A DNA stretch of 64,000 bases, taken from contig CAWHPL010000001.1 in assembly GCA_963831305.1 (NCBI GenBank), positions 175,352 through 239,351 of the forward strand, written 5' to 3'. Positions 49,118-59,178 of this stretch are shown piece by piece. The position numbers and the translations under genes are program-made. The notes under the pieces were generated by a model. That model was not told where the DNA came from. It made no database searches and saw nothing but the letters and a program-made list of their open reading frames with translations. This DNA comes from an uncultured Chloroflexia bacterium. GTDB lineage: Bacteria > Chloroflexota > Anaerolineae > Anaerolineales > Anaerolineaceae. How positions within the stretch are numbered: position 1 is the stretch's first letter; each line of letters begins with the position of its first letter.

Positions 49118-50404
49118 ATGAAAGTATTTTTTGATACTGTTGGCTGCCGGCTGAATCAGGCAGAAATCGAGGAAATGGCTGGAAAATTACGCCAGGCTGG
49201 ACATGAAATCATGTCTAAGTCTGAAGACGCGGATACAGTTATTATCAACAGCTGTGCTGTTACAGCCGCGGCTTCCTCTGATTCCCGGCAAAAAGTACGC
49301 CAAGCGCATCACAACGGGATTGATAACATTATCCTCACCGGATGTTGGGCGACCTTGTATCCACAGCAAGCTGCCGCGCTCGAAGGGGTCGCTTCTGTTG
49401 TTAATAACATCGAGAAGATGAATATTCCGGCGCAACTCATCCCCCAATGGGATGAAATGATTGATATTGAGCCGATTAGTCGTCGGCCGATTCCCGGTGT
49501 TCACCATCGAACACGCGCATTCATTAGAGTGCAAGATGGATGCGATAATTTCTGTACCTATTGTGTCACAAGACTTGCCAGAGGGAAGGCTCATAGTATC
49601 TTAAAAGACGAAATACTTTGCCATTTAAATGAAGCAGTTGCCGGGGGAGCCAAAGAAGCTGTGCTGACGGGAGTAAACCTTGGTTCATGGGGGGAAGAAC
49701 TTGATGGAACACCGACCATCACCCAATTATTGGATTACCTGCTTAATCATTCTGAGGTCGAAAGAATCCGACTTTCCTCCTTGGAACCCTGGGATATAAT
49801 GCCTTCCTTTTTTGAATTGTGGCAAAGTTCACGAATGTGTTCGCACCTGCATCTTCCCTTGCAATCAGGCTCAAAAAGTGTTCTTCAAAGAATGGCTCGC
49901 AATACAACACCAGAAAAGTTTCGCGATTTAGTTGAAATTGCAAAGTCCAAAATTCCCGATGTTGCGATTACAACTGACGTAATTGTCGGCTTTCCGGGAG
50001 AAACCGATCAGGAATTTGAGGAAAGCCTGGCTTTTGTAAAAGAGATGAATTTTAGCGGTGGACACGTTTTTCGATATTCAAGAAGAGAGGGAACGGCTGC
50101 TGCGACATATCCGTTGCAAATTTCAGGTAAGACAGCCATTGATCGTGCGCGGCGGATGAGAGAAACTCTTGAAAGCGATGAACGGGAATTTATAAAGAGT
50201 CAATTAAATAAGGACGTGCATGTTCTTTGGGAAGCCTGTAATGAAACCAGCCCTGGAACCTGGCAGTTAGAAGGGTACAGTGAAAACTATATCCGTGTTC
50301 GAGCCGTTGCTTCAGAAAATCGATGGAATCATATTGATGTGGTTAAGGCGAATAAGGTAAACCAAAAGGTCATGCTTGGAGAAATCGTTCAATACGGGCA
50401 TTAA
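49118..50404 (+). CDS. mtaB: radical-SAM methylthiotransferase, MtaB-like
   Basis: UPF0004 N-domain (TVGCRLNQAE), CDNFCTYC radical-SAM cluster, and a TRAM-like C-terminus. Confidence 0.75.
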   Translation: MKVFFDTVGCRLNQAEIEEMAGKLRQAGHEIMSKSEDADTVIINSCAVTAAASSDSRQKVRQAHHNGIDNIILTGCWATLYPQQAAALEGVASVVNNIEKMNIPAQLIPQWDEMIDIEPISRRPIPGVHHRTRAFIRVQDGCDNFCTYCVTRLARGKAHSILKDEILCHLNEAVAGGAKEAVLTGVNLGSWGEELDGTPTITQLLDYLLNHSEVERIRLSSLEPWDIMPSFFELWQSSRMCSHLHLPLQSGSKSVLQRMARNTTPEKFRDLVEIAKSKIPDVAITTDVIVGFPGETDQEFEESLAFVKEMNFSGGHVFRYSRREGTAAATYPLQISGKTAIDRARRMRETLESDEREFIKSQLNKDVHVLWEACNETSPGTWQLEGYSENYIRVRAVASENRWNHIDVVKANKVNQKVMLGEIVQYGH

Positions 50405-50583
50405 GCCGATGAAAATTTTCAAATTAGAAGCTGGCAATTGTCATGGGAATTAATGGGTATTTGAAGATTACAGGCATTGTCTTACTTGATGGACGTATTA
50501 ATAGGTGTATGCTGGTGTAATAAAATCCATGAAAATGGGTGTATAATCTCTCGCTTTGTGCAGTTGATAAGAAGTGAGCAGGT

Positions 50584-52530
50584 ATGAATTTAGAAGAGCA
50601 TAATGGTTCCACCGTTTTTAAACGTCAGTCCGAATACATTCCTGGACGAAATTGGCGCAACTTCCTTATAGGCAGACCCCTTTCCACAGCTGACGCACCC
50701 CATCAAACCATTGGTAAGGCATTAGGATTAGCAGTATTTTCATCGGATGCCATGTCTTCAGTGGCATATGCACCGCAGGAAATGTTGATCATCCTGGCGG
50801 CTGCGGGTGTTTCCTCTTTCGGGATATCCATCCCGCTGGCATTGGCGATTTGTGTGTTGTTGATCATCCTGACGCTTTCGTATGAACAAACCATCCACGC
50901 ATATCCTGATGGCGGTGGTGCCTATATTGTCGCGCGCGACAACCTGGGTGAATTGCCAGCTCAAACGGCTGGAGCGGCATTATTGACGGATTACATCTTA
51001 ACAGTTGCGGTTTCGATTTCTTCCGGTGTGGCACAAATTGCCTCTGCATTTCCGGCAGTTGCTCCCCATCGGGTGGTTATTTCCATCGGATTGGTAATGC
51101 TTGTAATGTTGATCAATTTACGCGGCGTAAAAGAATCAGGGATCACTTTTGCGATTCCTACTTATTTCTTTGTCATCATGATGTATGTAACGATCATTGT
51201 TGGCTTGGTCAGGGTTATTACCGGTACGCTTGGATTGGTTTCAATTCCCCCCACCGATGTAATTGACTTACACCAAACTTTACAGCCCATTACCTTATTC
51301 CTAATTCTAAAGGCATTTTCAAGCGGTACTACTGCACTCACAGGGGTCGAAGCCATTTCAAATGGCATCACGGCGTTCAAGGAACCGCGCAGCAAAAATG
51401 CCGGAAGAACCTTGATATACATGGCTTGTATCCTGGGATCTATGATGTTGGGCATTACGTTTTTAGCTCACCAAATTGGAGCGCTCCCTTCCGAACATGA
51501 GACGCTTATTTCACAATTGGCAAGAACAATTTTCAATGACCGAGGTATTTTTTACATTGGAACGATTGCAGCCACCACAGTTATATTGGTAATGGCAGCC
51601 AATACCGCTTTTGCTGATTTCCCGAGGTTGAGCGCTATTGCCGCAAAGGATGGTTTCCTCCCTCGGCAGTTGACCTACCGTGGCAGCCGGTTGGTGCACT
51701 CTCGCGGAATTGTTTTATTATCTCTGGTTGCCTGCGCTTTGATTGCGGTCACCGGGGCAAGTGTTACAAGGTTGATCCCGCTGTATGCGATTGGTGTATT
51801 TCTGTCGTTTACACTTTCTCAATTCGGGATGGCACGGCGTTGGTGGAAAGTTGGAAAACTTCAGCCTGGTGAACAAATTGTGGAACGTGGATCCACATTG
51901 ATACCAGATTCCGGCTGGAAATTTAAAATGATTGTCAACAGCGTCGGATCATTGGTAACATTCATTGTCATGGGTGTGTTTGCTGTGACCAAGTTTAAAG
52001 ATGGCGCATGGTTTGTGGTGGTCTTAACACCAACACTGGTGATTCTATTTAGTTCCATCCATCGCCATTACCAAAAGGTAGCAGAAAACCTCTCATTGGA
52101 TAACTACTTACCGCCAAACCGGATCAGCCATAAAAAGGTAGTGATGCCGATCAGCGGTGTGCACCAGGGGACGCTTGCTGCGATACGTTTTGCCAAGACA
52201 TTGTCTGATGATATTACAGCGGTAAATATTTCAACGGATATTGCTGACACCAAGAAGTTACAGGAAAAATGGGAAACCTGGGGTGATGGCTACCGGCTGG
52301 TCGTTTTGGACTCTCCGTACCGGTTGTTCATTGAACCATTATTATCTTATATTGAAGAACTAGATGAGAATAAACTGCCAAATGAAGTAATATTGGTAGT
52401 TGTACCGCAATTTGTGCCAAAACACTTTTGGAATAACTGGCTGCATACCAAAACTGCTGATACATTGCGCAGGGTTTTGTTATTCAGAAAAGATATCGTG
52501 ATTATGGAAGTTCCAATCGTGGTTGATTAG
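50584..52530 (+). CDS. kimA: KimA-family (APC superfamily) K+ importer with a cytosolic C-terminal domain
   Basis: FLIGRPL, SSDAMSSVAYAPQE, YPDGGGAYIV, LLTDYILTVAVSISSG, LKAFSSGTTALTGVEAISN, IPLYAIGVFLSFTLSQ and PQFVPKHFW match my recollection of B. subtilis KimA. Confidence 0.7.
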   Translation: MNLEEHNGSTVFKRQSEYIPGRNWRNFLIGRPLSTADAPHQTIGKALGLAVFSSDAMSSVAYAPQEMLIILAAAGVSSFGISIPLALAICVLLIILTLSYEQTIHAYPDGGGAYIVARDNLGELPAQTAGAALLTDYILTVAVSISSGVAQIASAFPAVAPHRVVISIGLVMLVMLINLRGVKESGITFAIPTYFFVIMMYVTIIVGLVRVITGTLGLVSIPPTDVIDLHQTLQPITLFLILKAFSSGTTALTGVEAISNGITAFKEPRSKNAGRTLIYMACILGSMMLGITFLAHQIGALPSEHETLISQLARTIFNDRGIFYIGTIAATTVILVMAANTAFADFPRLSAIAAKDGFLPRQLTYRGSRLVHSRGIVLLSLVACALIAVTGASVTRLIPLYAIGVFLSFTLSQFGMARRWWKVGKLQPGEQIVERGSTLIPDSGWKFKMIVNSVGSLVTFIVMGVFAVTKFKDGAWFVVVLTPTLVILFSSIHRHYQKVAENLSLDNYLPPNRISHKKVVMPISGVHQGTLAAIRFAKTLSDDITAVNISTDIADTKKLQEKWETWGDGYRLVVLDSPYRLFIEPLLSYIEELDENKLPNEVILVVVPQFVPKHFWNNWLHTKTADTLRRVLLFRKDIVIMEVPIVVD

Positions 52531-52545
52531 AAAACGCGAGGGATT

Positions 52546-53208
52546 ATGAAAGCTATTGTAGTAGGGTGTGGAAGGATCGGATCGCAGCTAGCCTCCAGTT
52601 TGTTCAAAAGGGGGCATGAGGTTTCGGTTATTGATGCGGACGGCGCTTCATTTGATAATCTGCCTGCAAATTTCCAGGGCAGATTACATGAAGGCGATGC
52701 GATGAATCAGGATGTGCTGGAACGAGCTGGAGTAAAGAATTGCGATGCACTGGCAGCTGTAACAGATAACGATGGGCTCAATATCGTTATTGCGCATATC
52801 GCACAGAAAGAATTCAATGTGCCGCATGTGATCGCGCGTAACTACGACCCACAGATCCGCCAGGTTTATGAAACCTTTGGTATTCAGGTGGTCAGTTCAA
52901 CCTCGTGGGGGGCTCAACGGATTGAGGAGTTGATGGTTGATACTGATATCCGGACAGTTTTCTCGGCTGGAAATGGTGAAGTTGAAATCTATGAGCTCCC
53001 AATTCATCAGGGGTTAAAAGATCTTAGTCTTTCAGACATCATCACCTGTTCAACCTGTAACCCATTGGCAATTACCCGGGCCGGGAAAGCATTTTTGCCG
53101 TCCCTGGATACGAAAGTTGAAACAGGCGATATTTTAACAGTTGCGGCAACAATGGACGGCATCCAATCCACAAGAAGTATTTTTTTGAAGCACGCGAGGG
53201 AGGATTAA
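52546..53208 (+). CDS. TrkA/KtrA-type RCK protein (TrkA-N + TrkA-C)
   Basis: VVGCGRIGSQLA Rossmann motif; C-terminal TrkA-C pattern GDILTV. Confidence 0.8.
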   Translation: MKAIVVGCGRIGSQLASSLFKRGHEVSVIDADGASFDNLPANFQGRLHEGDAMNQDVLERAGVKNCDALAAVTDNDGLNIVIAHIAQKEFNVPHVIARNYDPQIRQVYETFGIQVVSSTSWGAQRIEELMVDTDIRTVFSAGNGEVEIYELPIHQGLKDLSLSDIITCSTCNPLAITRAGKAFLPSLDTKVETGDILTVAATMDGIQSTRSIFLKHARED

Positions 53209-53209
53209 G

Positions 53210-53878
53210 ATGTTTGTTGTCATAGCTGGTGGAGGTCGGACTGGCGCACAACTTGCGCGTTCATTAATTTCGGGTGATCACACGGTGCATGTGATCGATT
53301 ATCGCAAAGAAGTTTTATCTCGAATTCACAAGGAATTGCCAACCGAAGTGATCTTTCCGGGAAATGCGATGGATTGCTCGGTACTGGAACAGGCTGGAAT
53401 TAAATTCGCCAATGTTTTTGCGGCCACAACAACCTCAGATGAAGAAAACCTGGCACTATGTTATATCGTGCGCCAAAAATACGGAGTTAAGCGTACTATT
53501 GCTCGGGTGAATAATCCAAGAAACGCATGGTTATTTGACGCCAAGTTTAATGTAGATGTTGCGGTAAACCATGCGGACATTCTTTCACGCCTTATTGAGG
53601 AAGAAATGTCGATGGGCGATATGATGACACTGCTTAAATTGAAACGTGGGAAATATGCGCTGGTAGAGGAAAAAATTCCACCCAACGCGCTAGCAATTGG
53701 GCAGATGATCAAGGATCTTCATTTGCCAACAAATTGCACAATTGCAGCCATTATTCGTTCAGGAGAAGTAATCGTTCCTCGCGGCGTTACTACCTTAGAA
53801 GTTGGGGATGAAGTGCTGGCGATAACTGATACTGAAGGCGCTAAGAAATTGGCTGAACTTTTCGCTATTCATATATAA
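53210..53878 (+). CDS. TrkA/KtrA-type RCK protein (second copy)
   Basis: IAGGGRTGAQLA and C-terminal GDEVLAI. Starts 1 nt after the previous stop. Confidence 0.8.
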   Translation: MFVVIAGGGRTGAQLARSLISGDHTVHVIDYRKEVLSRIHKELPTEVIFPGNAMDCSVLEQAGIKFANVFAATTTSDEENLALCYIVRQKYGVKRTIARVNNPRNAWLFDAKFNVDVAVNHADILSRLIEEEMSMGDMMTLLKLKRGKYALVEEKIPPNALAIGQMIKDLHLPTNCTIAAIIRSGEVIVPRGVTTLEVGDEVLAITDTEGAKKLAELFAIHI

Positions 53879-53884
53879 ATACCT

Positions 53885-53913
53885 TTGACCAGATAAGCGC
53901 CCTGCGGTATAAT
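53885..53913 (+). promoter_or_regulatory. sigma-70-type promoter for rpmH
   Basis: TTGACC - 17 nt - TATAAT, 43 nt upstream of the rpmH ATG. Confidence 0.6.
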
Positions 53914-53956
53914 TCAGGTTTGCTGTTTTAATAATACGCTTTTGAGAGGAAATACA

Positions 53957-54127
53957 ATGCCTAAGAGGACTTACCAACCTAGAATCCGCCGCCGTGTTCG
54001 TGTGCATGGCTTCAGATCCCGCATGGCTACGGCCGATGGGCGAGAAGTTTTGAAACGACGCCGCGCAAAAGGTCGTTACAAGCTGGCAGTGAAAAGCAAT
54101 AATCACGTCAAGAAAATTAGCTGGTAG
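53957..54127 (+). CDS. rpmH: 50S ribosomal protein L34
   Basis: [38 protein letters not shown]. Confidence 0.95.
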   Translation: MPKRTYQPRIRRRVRVHGFRSRMATADGREVLKRRRAKGRYKLAVKSNNHVKKISW

Positions 54128-54180
54128 ACTATTTCTATGCCGAAAAGTAACGGCATGGTGATTGCGAGCAAGGGTAATGG

Positions 54181-54519
54181 GTGAAACGACAATATCGAAT
54201 TACCCGGGCTAATGATTACAAGCGGGTGCGGCAGAATGGTAAAGGCTATTCGCACCCGCTTGTAATGATTCTTGTCTTACAAGTTCCGATTGACGAAAAA
54301 CGAATCGGGATTATTGTGGGAAAATCAATAGGAAATGCCGTCAAGCGTAATTTGGTGAAAAGAAGAATTAAATCAATTGCAAATGAGTTCATTTACAAAA
54401 TTAATAAGAATGTTGATATTTTAGTGATTGCTAAATCCCCCATTGCATCAGTGGAATTCATGGAAATTCACCAGGCAATTGAGGATGGGTTAAGAAGAGC
54501 AAGATTAATAGTGGAATAA
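54181..54519 (+). CDS. rnpA: ribonuclease P protein component
   Basis: Position after rpmH, basic, with a [11 protein letters not shown] (RNR-like) motif. GTG start. Confidence 0.85.
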   Translation: MKRQYRITRANDYKRVRQNGKGYSHPLVMILVLQVPIDEKRIGIIVGKSIGNAVKRNLVKRRIKSIANEFIYKINKNVDILVIAKSPIASVEFMEIHQAIEDGLRRARLIVE

Positions 54520-54520
54520 A

Positions 54521-54808
54521 GTGATACAAGAAGATCAATTGCATCAGACAGCTGAACCTAGGATTAGAGACCTAAAATTCACCATATGGAAACTTCCCCG
54601 ATTTATATTGCTGTTATTAATTCGAGGTTACCAGGCGGTGGTTTCACCTGCTCTACCCAAAGACACCTGCCGTTTCTACCCCACTTGCTCACATTATGGC
54701 TACCAGGCAATATATAAATATGGAGCAATAAAAGGTACTGCAATGGCAATCTGGCGTGTCCTGCGGTGTAACCCTTACAACCCAGGCGGCTTTGACCCTG
54801 TACCCTAA
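54521..54808 (+). CDS. yidD: membrane protein insertion efficiency factor YidD
   Basis: YQAVVSP...[19 protein letters not shown]...RVLRCNP. The start may be internal. Confidence 0.9.
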   Translation: MIQEDQLHQTAEPRIRDLKFTIWKLPRFILLLLIRGYQAVVSPALPKDTCRFYPTCSHYGYQAIYKYGAIKGTAMAIWRVLRCNPYNPGGFDPVP

Positions 54809-54840
54809 TTGGGTCAATCGACAAAAAGGAAAATTACTCG

Positions 54841-55911
54841 ATGAAAAAAAGTACTTACATAGCTTTGTTTTTGTTTCTATCCCTTGCATTCCTTCTGACC
54901 GGGTGCGCGGGAGCTTCAGGTACTGCTGTTAACACCTGGGGCGGGGCAGCGATTGCAGATTCAATGGTTTACTATGCCAGCGGATCGCAAGTTCTGGCAT
55001 TAGCGGATACCGGATTGAATTACACCGTCCGCTGGACCTATCCAGAAAAAGCCGCAGCGGCACGCCTATTTATGGCGGAACCGTTGGTGGTTGGCGAACA
55101 ATTGATCCTTGCTGATTACGCAAGCAACCTGGCTAGTGTGAGCACCCGGGATGGAATGGAAAACTGGTTATTCCCTGATGCAACCGATCGATATATTGAC
55201 AGCCCGTTATTTGTCGCTGATGTATTATATGCACCAAATGCTGACGGTAATGTTTATGCTGTTGACATGACTGGCAAATTAGTATGGAAATTCACAGAAG
55301 ATGGTGCTTTTTGGGCACGACCTGCAAACAACGAAAAAACAATATTTGTTCCCTCTTTGAACCATTTCTTGTATGCGGTTGATATCAAAACCGGACAAAA
55401 GGTGTGGGAAGTTGACCTGAAATCATCTGTGGTTGCCCGACCACTTCTCGTGGATGGGGTGCTTTATGTGGGGAACCTCACTGGTAATTTTTATGCAATC
55501 AACGCAACTGATGGAACTGTAAAGTGGGTTCAAAAAGTTGCTGCAGGGGTTTGGGGACAGGCAATTTTGGAAAACAAACAACTCTTTTTTGGAGATGAGA
55601 ACGGTGTTGTCAATATTCTCTCTGCTGAAGATGGAAAGATCATTGCCCAGAGCGAAACTGGTTCGGCTATTATTGGCAAAGGTGCTGTTGTTCCAGAGGG
55701 TGTAATTTTTGGCACGGAAAGCGGGAAAATCGTCCTTTTTGATGTTGAAGGAAAAAGCCGCCCACTGCTGACTCTGGAGAACGGATCGATCTACTCCAAT
55801 ATCATTGTTGATGGTGAGCGCATGGTGATTCTGGCGTACAAGGGAAACAAACCATTGATCGCATTAGACTTAAACGGCAATGAAGCCTGGTACTACTCGA
55901 CTAAAAAATAA
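54841..55911 (+). CDS. PQQ-like beta-propeller lipoprotein (BamB-like fold)
   Basis: FLSLAFLLTGCAG lipobox. Repeated YA.D..G...W propeller blades. Confidence 0.7.
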   Translation: MKKSTYIALFLFLSLAFLLTGCAGASGTAVNTWGGAAIADSMVYYASGSQVLALADTGLNYTVRWTYPEKAAAARLFMAEPLVVGEQLILADYASNLASVSTRDGMENWLFPDATDRYIDSPLFVADVLYAPNADGNVYAVDMTGKLVWKFTEDGAFWARPANNEKTIFVPSLNHFLYAVDIKTGQKVWEVDLKSSVVARPLLVDGVLYVGNLTGNFYAINATDGTVKWVQKVAAGVWGQAILENKQLFFGDENGVVNILSAEDGKIIAQSETGSAIIGKGAVVPEGVIFGTESGKIVLFDVEGKSRPLLTLENGSIYSNIIVDGERMVILAYKGNKPLIALDLNGNEAWYYSTKK

Positions 55912-55921
55912 GGACTGAGCC

Positions 55922-56704
55922 ATGTGGGATACCATTATTATTAAACCATTTATAAATATGCTTCTAGGCATATATCAACTCATTGGAAACTTTGGAGTTG
56001 CGATCATACTATTTACCATCCTGACCCGTGTCGTCTTGTATCCTTTAACTGCAAAGCAGATCAAAGGGGCACAGGCGATGCAGGAATTGCAGAAAAACAA
56101 ACGCTATATTGAGATTCAGGAAAAATACAAGAATGACAAAGAAAAATTAGCCCAGGAGCAAATGAAGCTTTACCAGGAGCTGAAGATCAGTCCATTTTCA
56201 TCTTGTCTTCCAACATTAATTCAGTTCCCGATTATCATCGGGTTGTATCAAGGGCTGATCCAGTCGATTGCATCTTCCCCTTTGGATTTGTTGAAGCTCT
56301 CGCGCCATATTTATCCGAAAATCCTCGACTTTGCTACTTTAATTCCCCTCAATACTAAATTCCTATGGATGGACATGGGGCAGCCAGAACGATTGTATAT
56401 TTTTGGAATTGGAATCCCTGTTTTGACAATCATTGTGGTCATTACAACTTACATTTCGACCAAAATCATTTCGCCACCGTCTGCCACAGGCGGAAACGAT
56501 CAGGGTGCAGCCATGACAAAAATGATGAATTTATATATGCCCGTCTTGATGGGTTGGCTCGCCTGGTCTCTTTCATCTGGTTTAGCACTTTACTTTGTAG
56601 TTTCTAACCTGGTTCAGATAGCACAATATGCGATTACAGGGAAAGTTTACTGGAAGAATATTATCCCCTGGAAAAAAGAAACTGGAATCGCTACAAAAAA
56701 ATAA
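55922..56704 (+). CDS. yidC: YidC/Oxa1 family membrane protein insertase (short form)
   Basis: GVAIILFTILTRVVLYPLT, MQELQ, CLPTLIQFPI. Confidence 0.9.
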   Translation: MWDTIIIKPFINMLLGIYQLIGNFGVAIILFTILTRVVLYPLTAKQIKGAQAMQELQKNKRYIEIQEKYKNDKEKLAQEQMKLYQELKISPFSSCLPTLIQFPIIIGLYQGLIQSIASSPLDLLKLSRHIYPKILDFATLIPLNTKFLWMDMGQPERLYIFGIGIPVLTIIVVITTYISTKIISPPSATGGNDQGAAMTKMMNLYMPVLMGWLAWSLSSGLALYFVVSNLVQIAQYAITGKVYWKNIIPWKKETGIATKK

Positions 56705-56716
56705 TGGAGTAAAAAC

Positions 56717-57484
56717 ATGGTTGATGAAAAAACAACACTTGAGATGATCGCTCCGACCCCGGAAGAAGCCATTGAGAATGCCTTGGCGCAACTTGGGTTA
56801 ACAGAAGACGACGTTGAAGTTGAAATTTTGGACTCAGGCTCTAAGGGGTTGTTAGGGTTGGGGGGACGTCAGGCACGCGTAAAATTAACGGTTAAAAAAT
56901 TTTCAAAACCCTCTAAGAAAAAAACAGTGGTTGAAGAAAGTATTTCCGACGATGAGATGGTTATCTCTTCTGTAAAAAGTGTTGAAGCAACTGACCTTAA
57001 TGAAGAAGAGAAAGAGAACTTAAAAATAACCAGAACTGTGGTGGAAGAACTATTAGAGCGTATGCGTGTGAAGGCTACCATTGATCCGCGTTATGTTGAA
57101 CCTGAAGACGAAAAAGATCGCAGGGTAATTCTTGTTGATATTCAGGGTAACGATCTTAGTATCCTTATTGGACGACGTTCTGAAACTTTGAATGCACTGC
57201 AATATATTGCCAGCCTCATTGTAAGCAAAGAAGCTGGAAAATGGGTTCCGATGATGATTGATGTACAAGGGTATCGAGAACGACGTGACCGTCAACTACG
57301 GCAGCTTGGCCGCCGGATGGCAGATCAGGCTATCCAGTCTGGCAGATCGCAGACACTTGAACCCATGCCGGCAAACGAACGACGCATCATCCACCTCGAA
57401 TTACGTGATCACGAGGAGGTTTTCACTGAAAGCACAGGTGAAGAGCCGTACCGCAAAGTAATGATCTCACTAAAAAGAAATTAA
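56717..57484 (+). CDS. khpB: Jag/KhpB RNA-binding protein (Jag-N, KH, R3H)
   Basis: N-terminal Jag_N, central Lys/Glu-rich linker, and C-terminal R3H (ERRIIHLEL). Follows yidC. Confidence 0.85.
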   Translation: MVDEKTTLEMIAPTPEEAIENALAQLGLTEDDVEVEILDSGSKGLLGLGGRQARVKLTVKKFSKPSKKKTVVEESISDDEMVISSVKSVEATDLNEEEKENLKITRTVVEELLERMRVKATIDPRYVEPEDEKDRRVILVDIQGNDLSILIGRRSETLNALQYIASLIVSKEAGKWVPMMIDVQGYRERRDRQLRQLGRRMADQAIQSGRSQTLEPMPANERRIIHLELRDHEEVFTESTGEEPYRKVMISLKRN

Positions 57485-57490
57485 ATCAGA

Positions 57491-57522
57491 TGCCAGGCTC
57501 GCGAGAACCTGGCAATTTTTTT
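57491..57522 (+). terminator. rho-independent terminator after jag
   Basis: tgccagg(ctcgcgagaa)cctggca followed by T7. Confidence 0.75.
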
Positions 57523-57572
57523 AGTTGGCAATGGTAAAATCTTAATTATTAAACAATTTACATGGAGCTAAG

Positions 57573-58877
57573 ATGAACGCAGTTGATGTAATAATAAATA
57601 AGCGGGATCACAAGGAATTAACTTCAGAAGAAATAACTTTTTTCATTAATGGTTTGACTAAAGGAGCCATTCCTGATTACCAGGTGGCAGCCTGGGCAAT
57701 GGCAGTTCTGCTAAACGGCATGACCGATCGCGAGACTACTGATCTGACATTGGCTATGGCTAATTCGGGAGAAATCCTGGACCTATCAAAAATTGTGCCG
57801 ATCGAAGTGGATAAACATTCCACAGGTGGTGTGGGAGACAAAACCACGCTGGTGGTGGAACCATTAGTTGCAGCATGTGGATTACCGGTCGGGAAAATGT
57901 CAGGAAGGGGATTGGGTTTCAGTGGTGGAACACTGGATAAAATGGAATCGATCCCGGGATTTCGAACAGCACTTTCACAAGATGAATTCATTAATTTACT
58001 AAAGACGAAAGGACTGGTTCTGGCGGGACAAAGCGGTGATCTTGCCCCAGCTGATGGAAAACTCTATTCACTGCGGGATGTAACAGGCACAGTTCAATCA
58101 ATTCCGTTGATCGCATCCAGTGTGATGAGCAAGAAAATTGCAGGCGGCGCTCAGGCGATCGTATTGGATGTAAAGGTAGGGTATGGCGCTTTTATGAAGA
58201 ATCTGGAGGAAGCGCGCCAATTATCCAGGTTAATGGTGGCTATCGGAAAATTAAGCAATCGGAAAGTCGTCGCTTTGCTTTCTGACATGAATCAACCACT
58301 TGGGCAAGCGGTGGGGAATGCTCTTGAGGTTAAAGAAGCCATTAATACACTTAAAGGATGGGGACCTGCAGATTTTCAGGAACATTGCCTCACAGTTGGA
58401 TCACATATGCTGGTAATTGGTGAAAAAGCTAAAACACTGGCTGAAGGACGCCAGTTAATCAGTGAGGCACTATCGGAGGGGAGAGGGCTTTCCAAGTTCA
58501 AGGAGTTGGTGGAAAACCAGGGCGGGGACGCGTCTTATGTTGATCACCAGGAAAAATTCAAACTGGCTCCGGTCATCTCAGAAGTTTTATCCCCTGCAGC
58601 TGGATTTTTGCAGGAAATCAATGCACAGGATATTGGTGAGGCTTCGGTGGAAATGGGCGCTGGCAGGGTGAAGAAAGAGGATGAGATCGACCATTCGGTT
58701 GGGATGATCGTTCACCATAAAGTAGGAGACAATATTAAACAGGGTGACAGGTTGTTTACCTTGCATGCTAAAGATGAAGCCTCCATGTTAAGGGCAAAAG
58801 ATCGTGCGCTTGACGCCTGCAAATTTAACAAAGAAGCATGTGCCCCACTCCCGCTTTTTTATGAGGTGATCAGTTAA
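57573..58877 (+). CDS. pdp: pyrimidine-nucleoside (thymidine) phosphorylase
   Basis: DKHSTGGVGDKTTL, SGRGLGFSGGTLDK. Confidence 0.9.
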   Translation: MNAVDVIINKRDHKELTSEEITFFINGLTKGAIPDYQVAAWAMAVLLNGMTDRETTDLTLAMANSGEILDLSKIVPIEVDKHSTGGVGDKTTLVVEPLVAACGLPVGKMSGRGLGFSGGTLDKMESIPGFRTALSQDEFINLLKTKGLVLAGQSGDLAPADGKLYSLRDVTGTVQSIPLIASSVMSKKIAGGAQAIVLDVKVGYGAFMKNLEEARQLSRLMVAIGKLSNRKVVALLSDMNQPLGQAVGNALEVKEAINTLKGWGPADFQEHCLTVGSHMLVIGEKAKTLAEGRQLISEALSEGRGLSKFKELVENQGGDASYVDHQEKFKLAPVISEVLSPAAGFLQEINAQDIGEASVEMGAGRVKKEDEIDHSVGMIVHHKVGDNIKQGDRLFTLHAKDEASMLRAKDRALDACKFNKEACAPLPLFYEVIS

Positions 58878-58906
58878 TTGATTTTCCTCCCACTCTGTGG
58901 GATAAT
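58878..58906 (+). promoter_or_regulatory. sigma-70-type promoter for the ileS leader
   Basis: TTGATT - 17 nt - GATAAT, immediately after the pdp stop. Confidence 0.5.
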
Positions 58907-58912
58907 CAAAGT

Positions 58913-59178
58913 GTAAATGCCTTGATGGAAACGAGTAAGTTGCTGTGATGCTTAAAGCGAGCCCGGGTTGGTGGAAGCCGGGCAAGCAATTGCAACTGAA
59001 AATCCTTCCGGAGCTGCGACCCGAACACGGGAAACCGTTATTAAGCAAGCCGGATATTCAATCGTTACCTTGAAGCAGGTTTGTCCTTTTGGACGAACCC
59101 GACCAAGCGCTCACTCAATTGAGAAGCAGGGTGGTACCGCGGAATTTTTCCGCCCCTGACCAGGGGCGGTTTTTTTTT
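58913..59178 (+). promoter_or_regulatory. T-box riboswitch leader (Ile)
   Basis: Canonical T-box sequence GGGTGGTACCGCG at 59129-59141, immediately 5' of an intrinsic terminator. Upstream are AGTA, an AGCGA bulge-like element, a GC hairpin with a GGTGGAA loop, and GAAAATCC containing ATC. It lies directly upstream of ileS. Confidence 0.8.
59150..59178 (+). terminator. T-box attenuator terminator
   Basis: ccgcccctg(ac)caggggcgg followed by T9. Confidence 0.85.

Noticed and set aside
50405-50583. c-di-AMP (ydaO-type) riboswitch in front of the KimA-like gene.
   Set aside because: The region is only about 180 nt, and I could not find the conserved paired ACGGGG/CCCG-type elements. Only a TGTATAAT-like -10 box is visible.
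58968-59159. 63-aa ORF upstream of ileS.
   Set aside because: It lies inside the T-box leader and spans the T-box sequence, so it is a non-coding regulatory RNA region.
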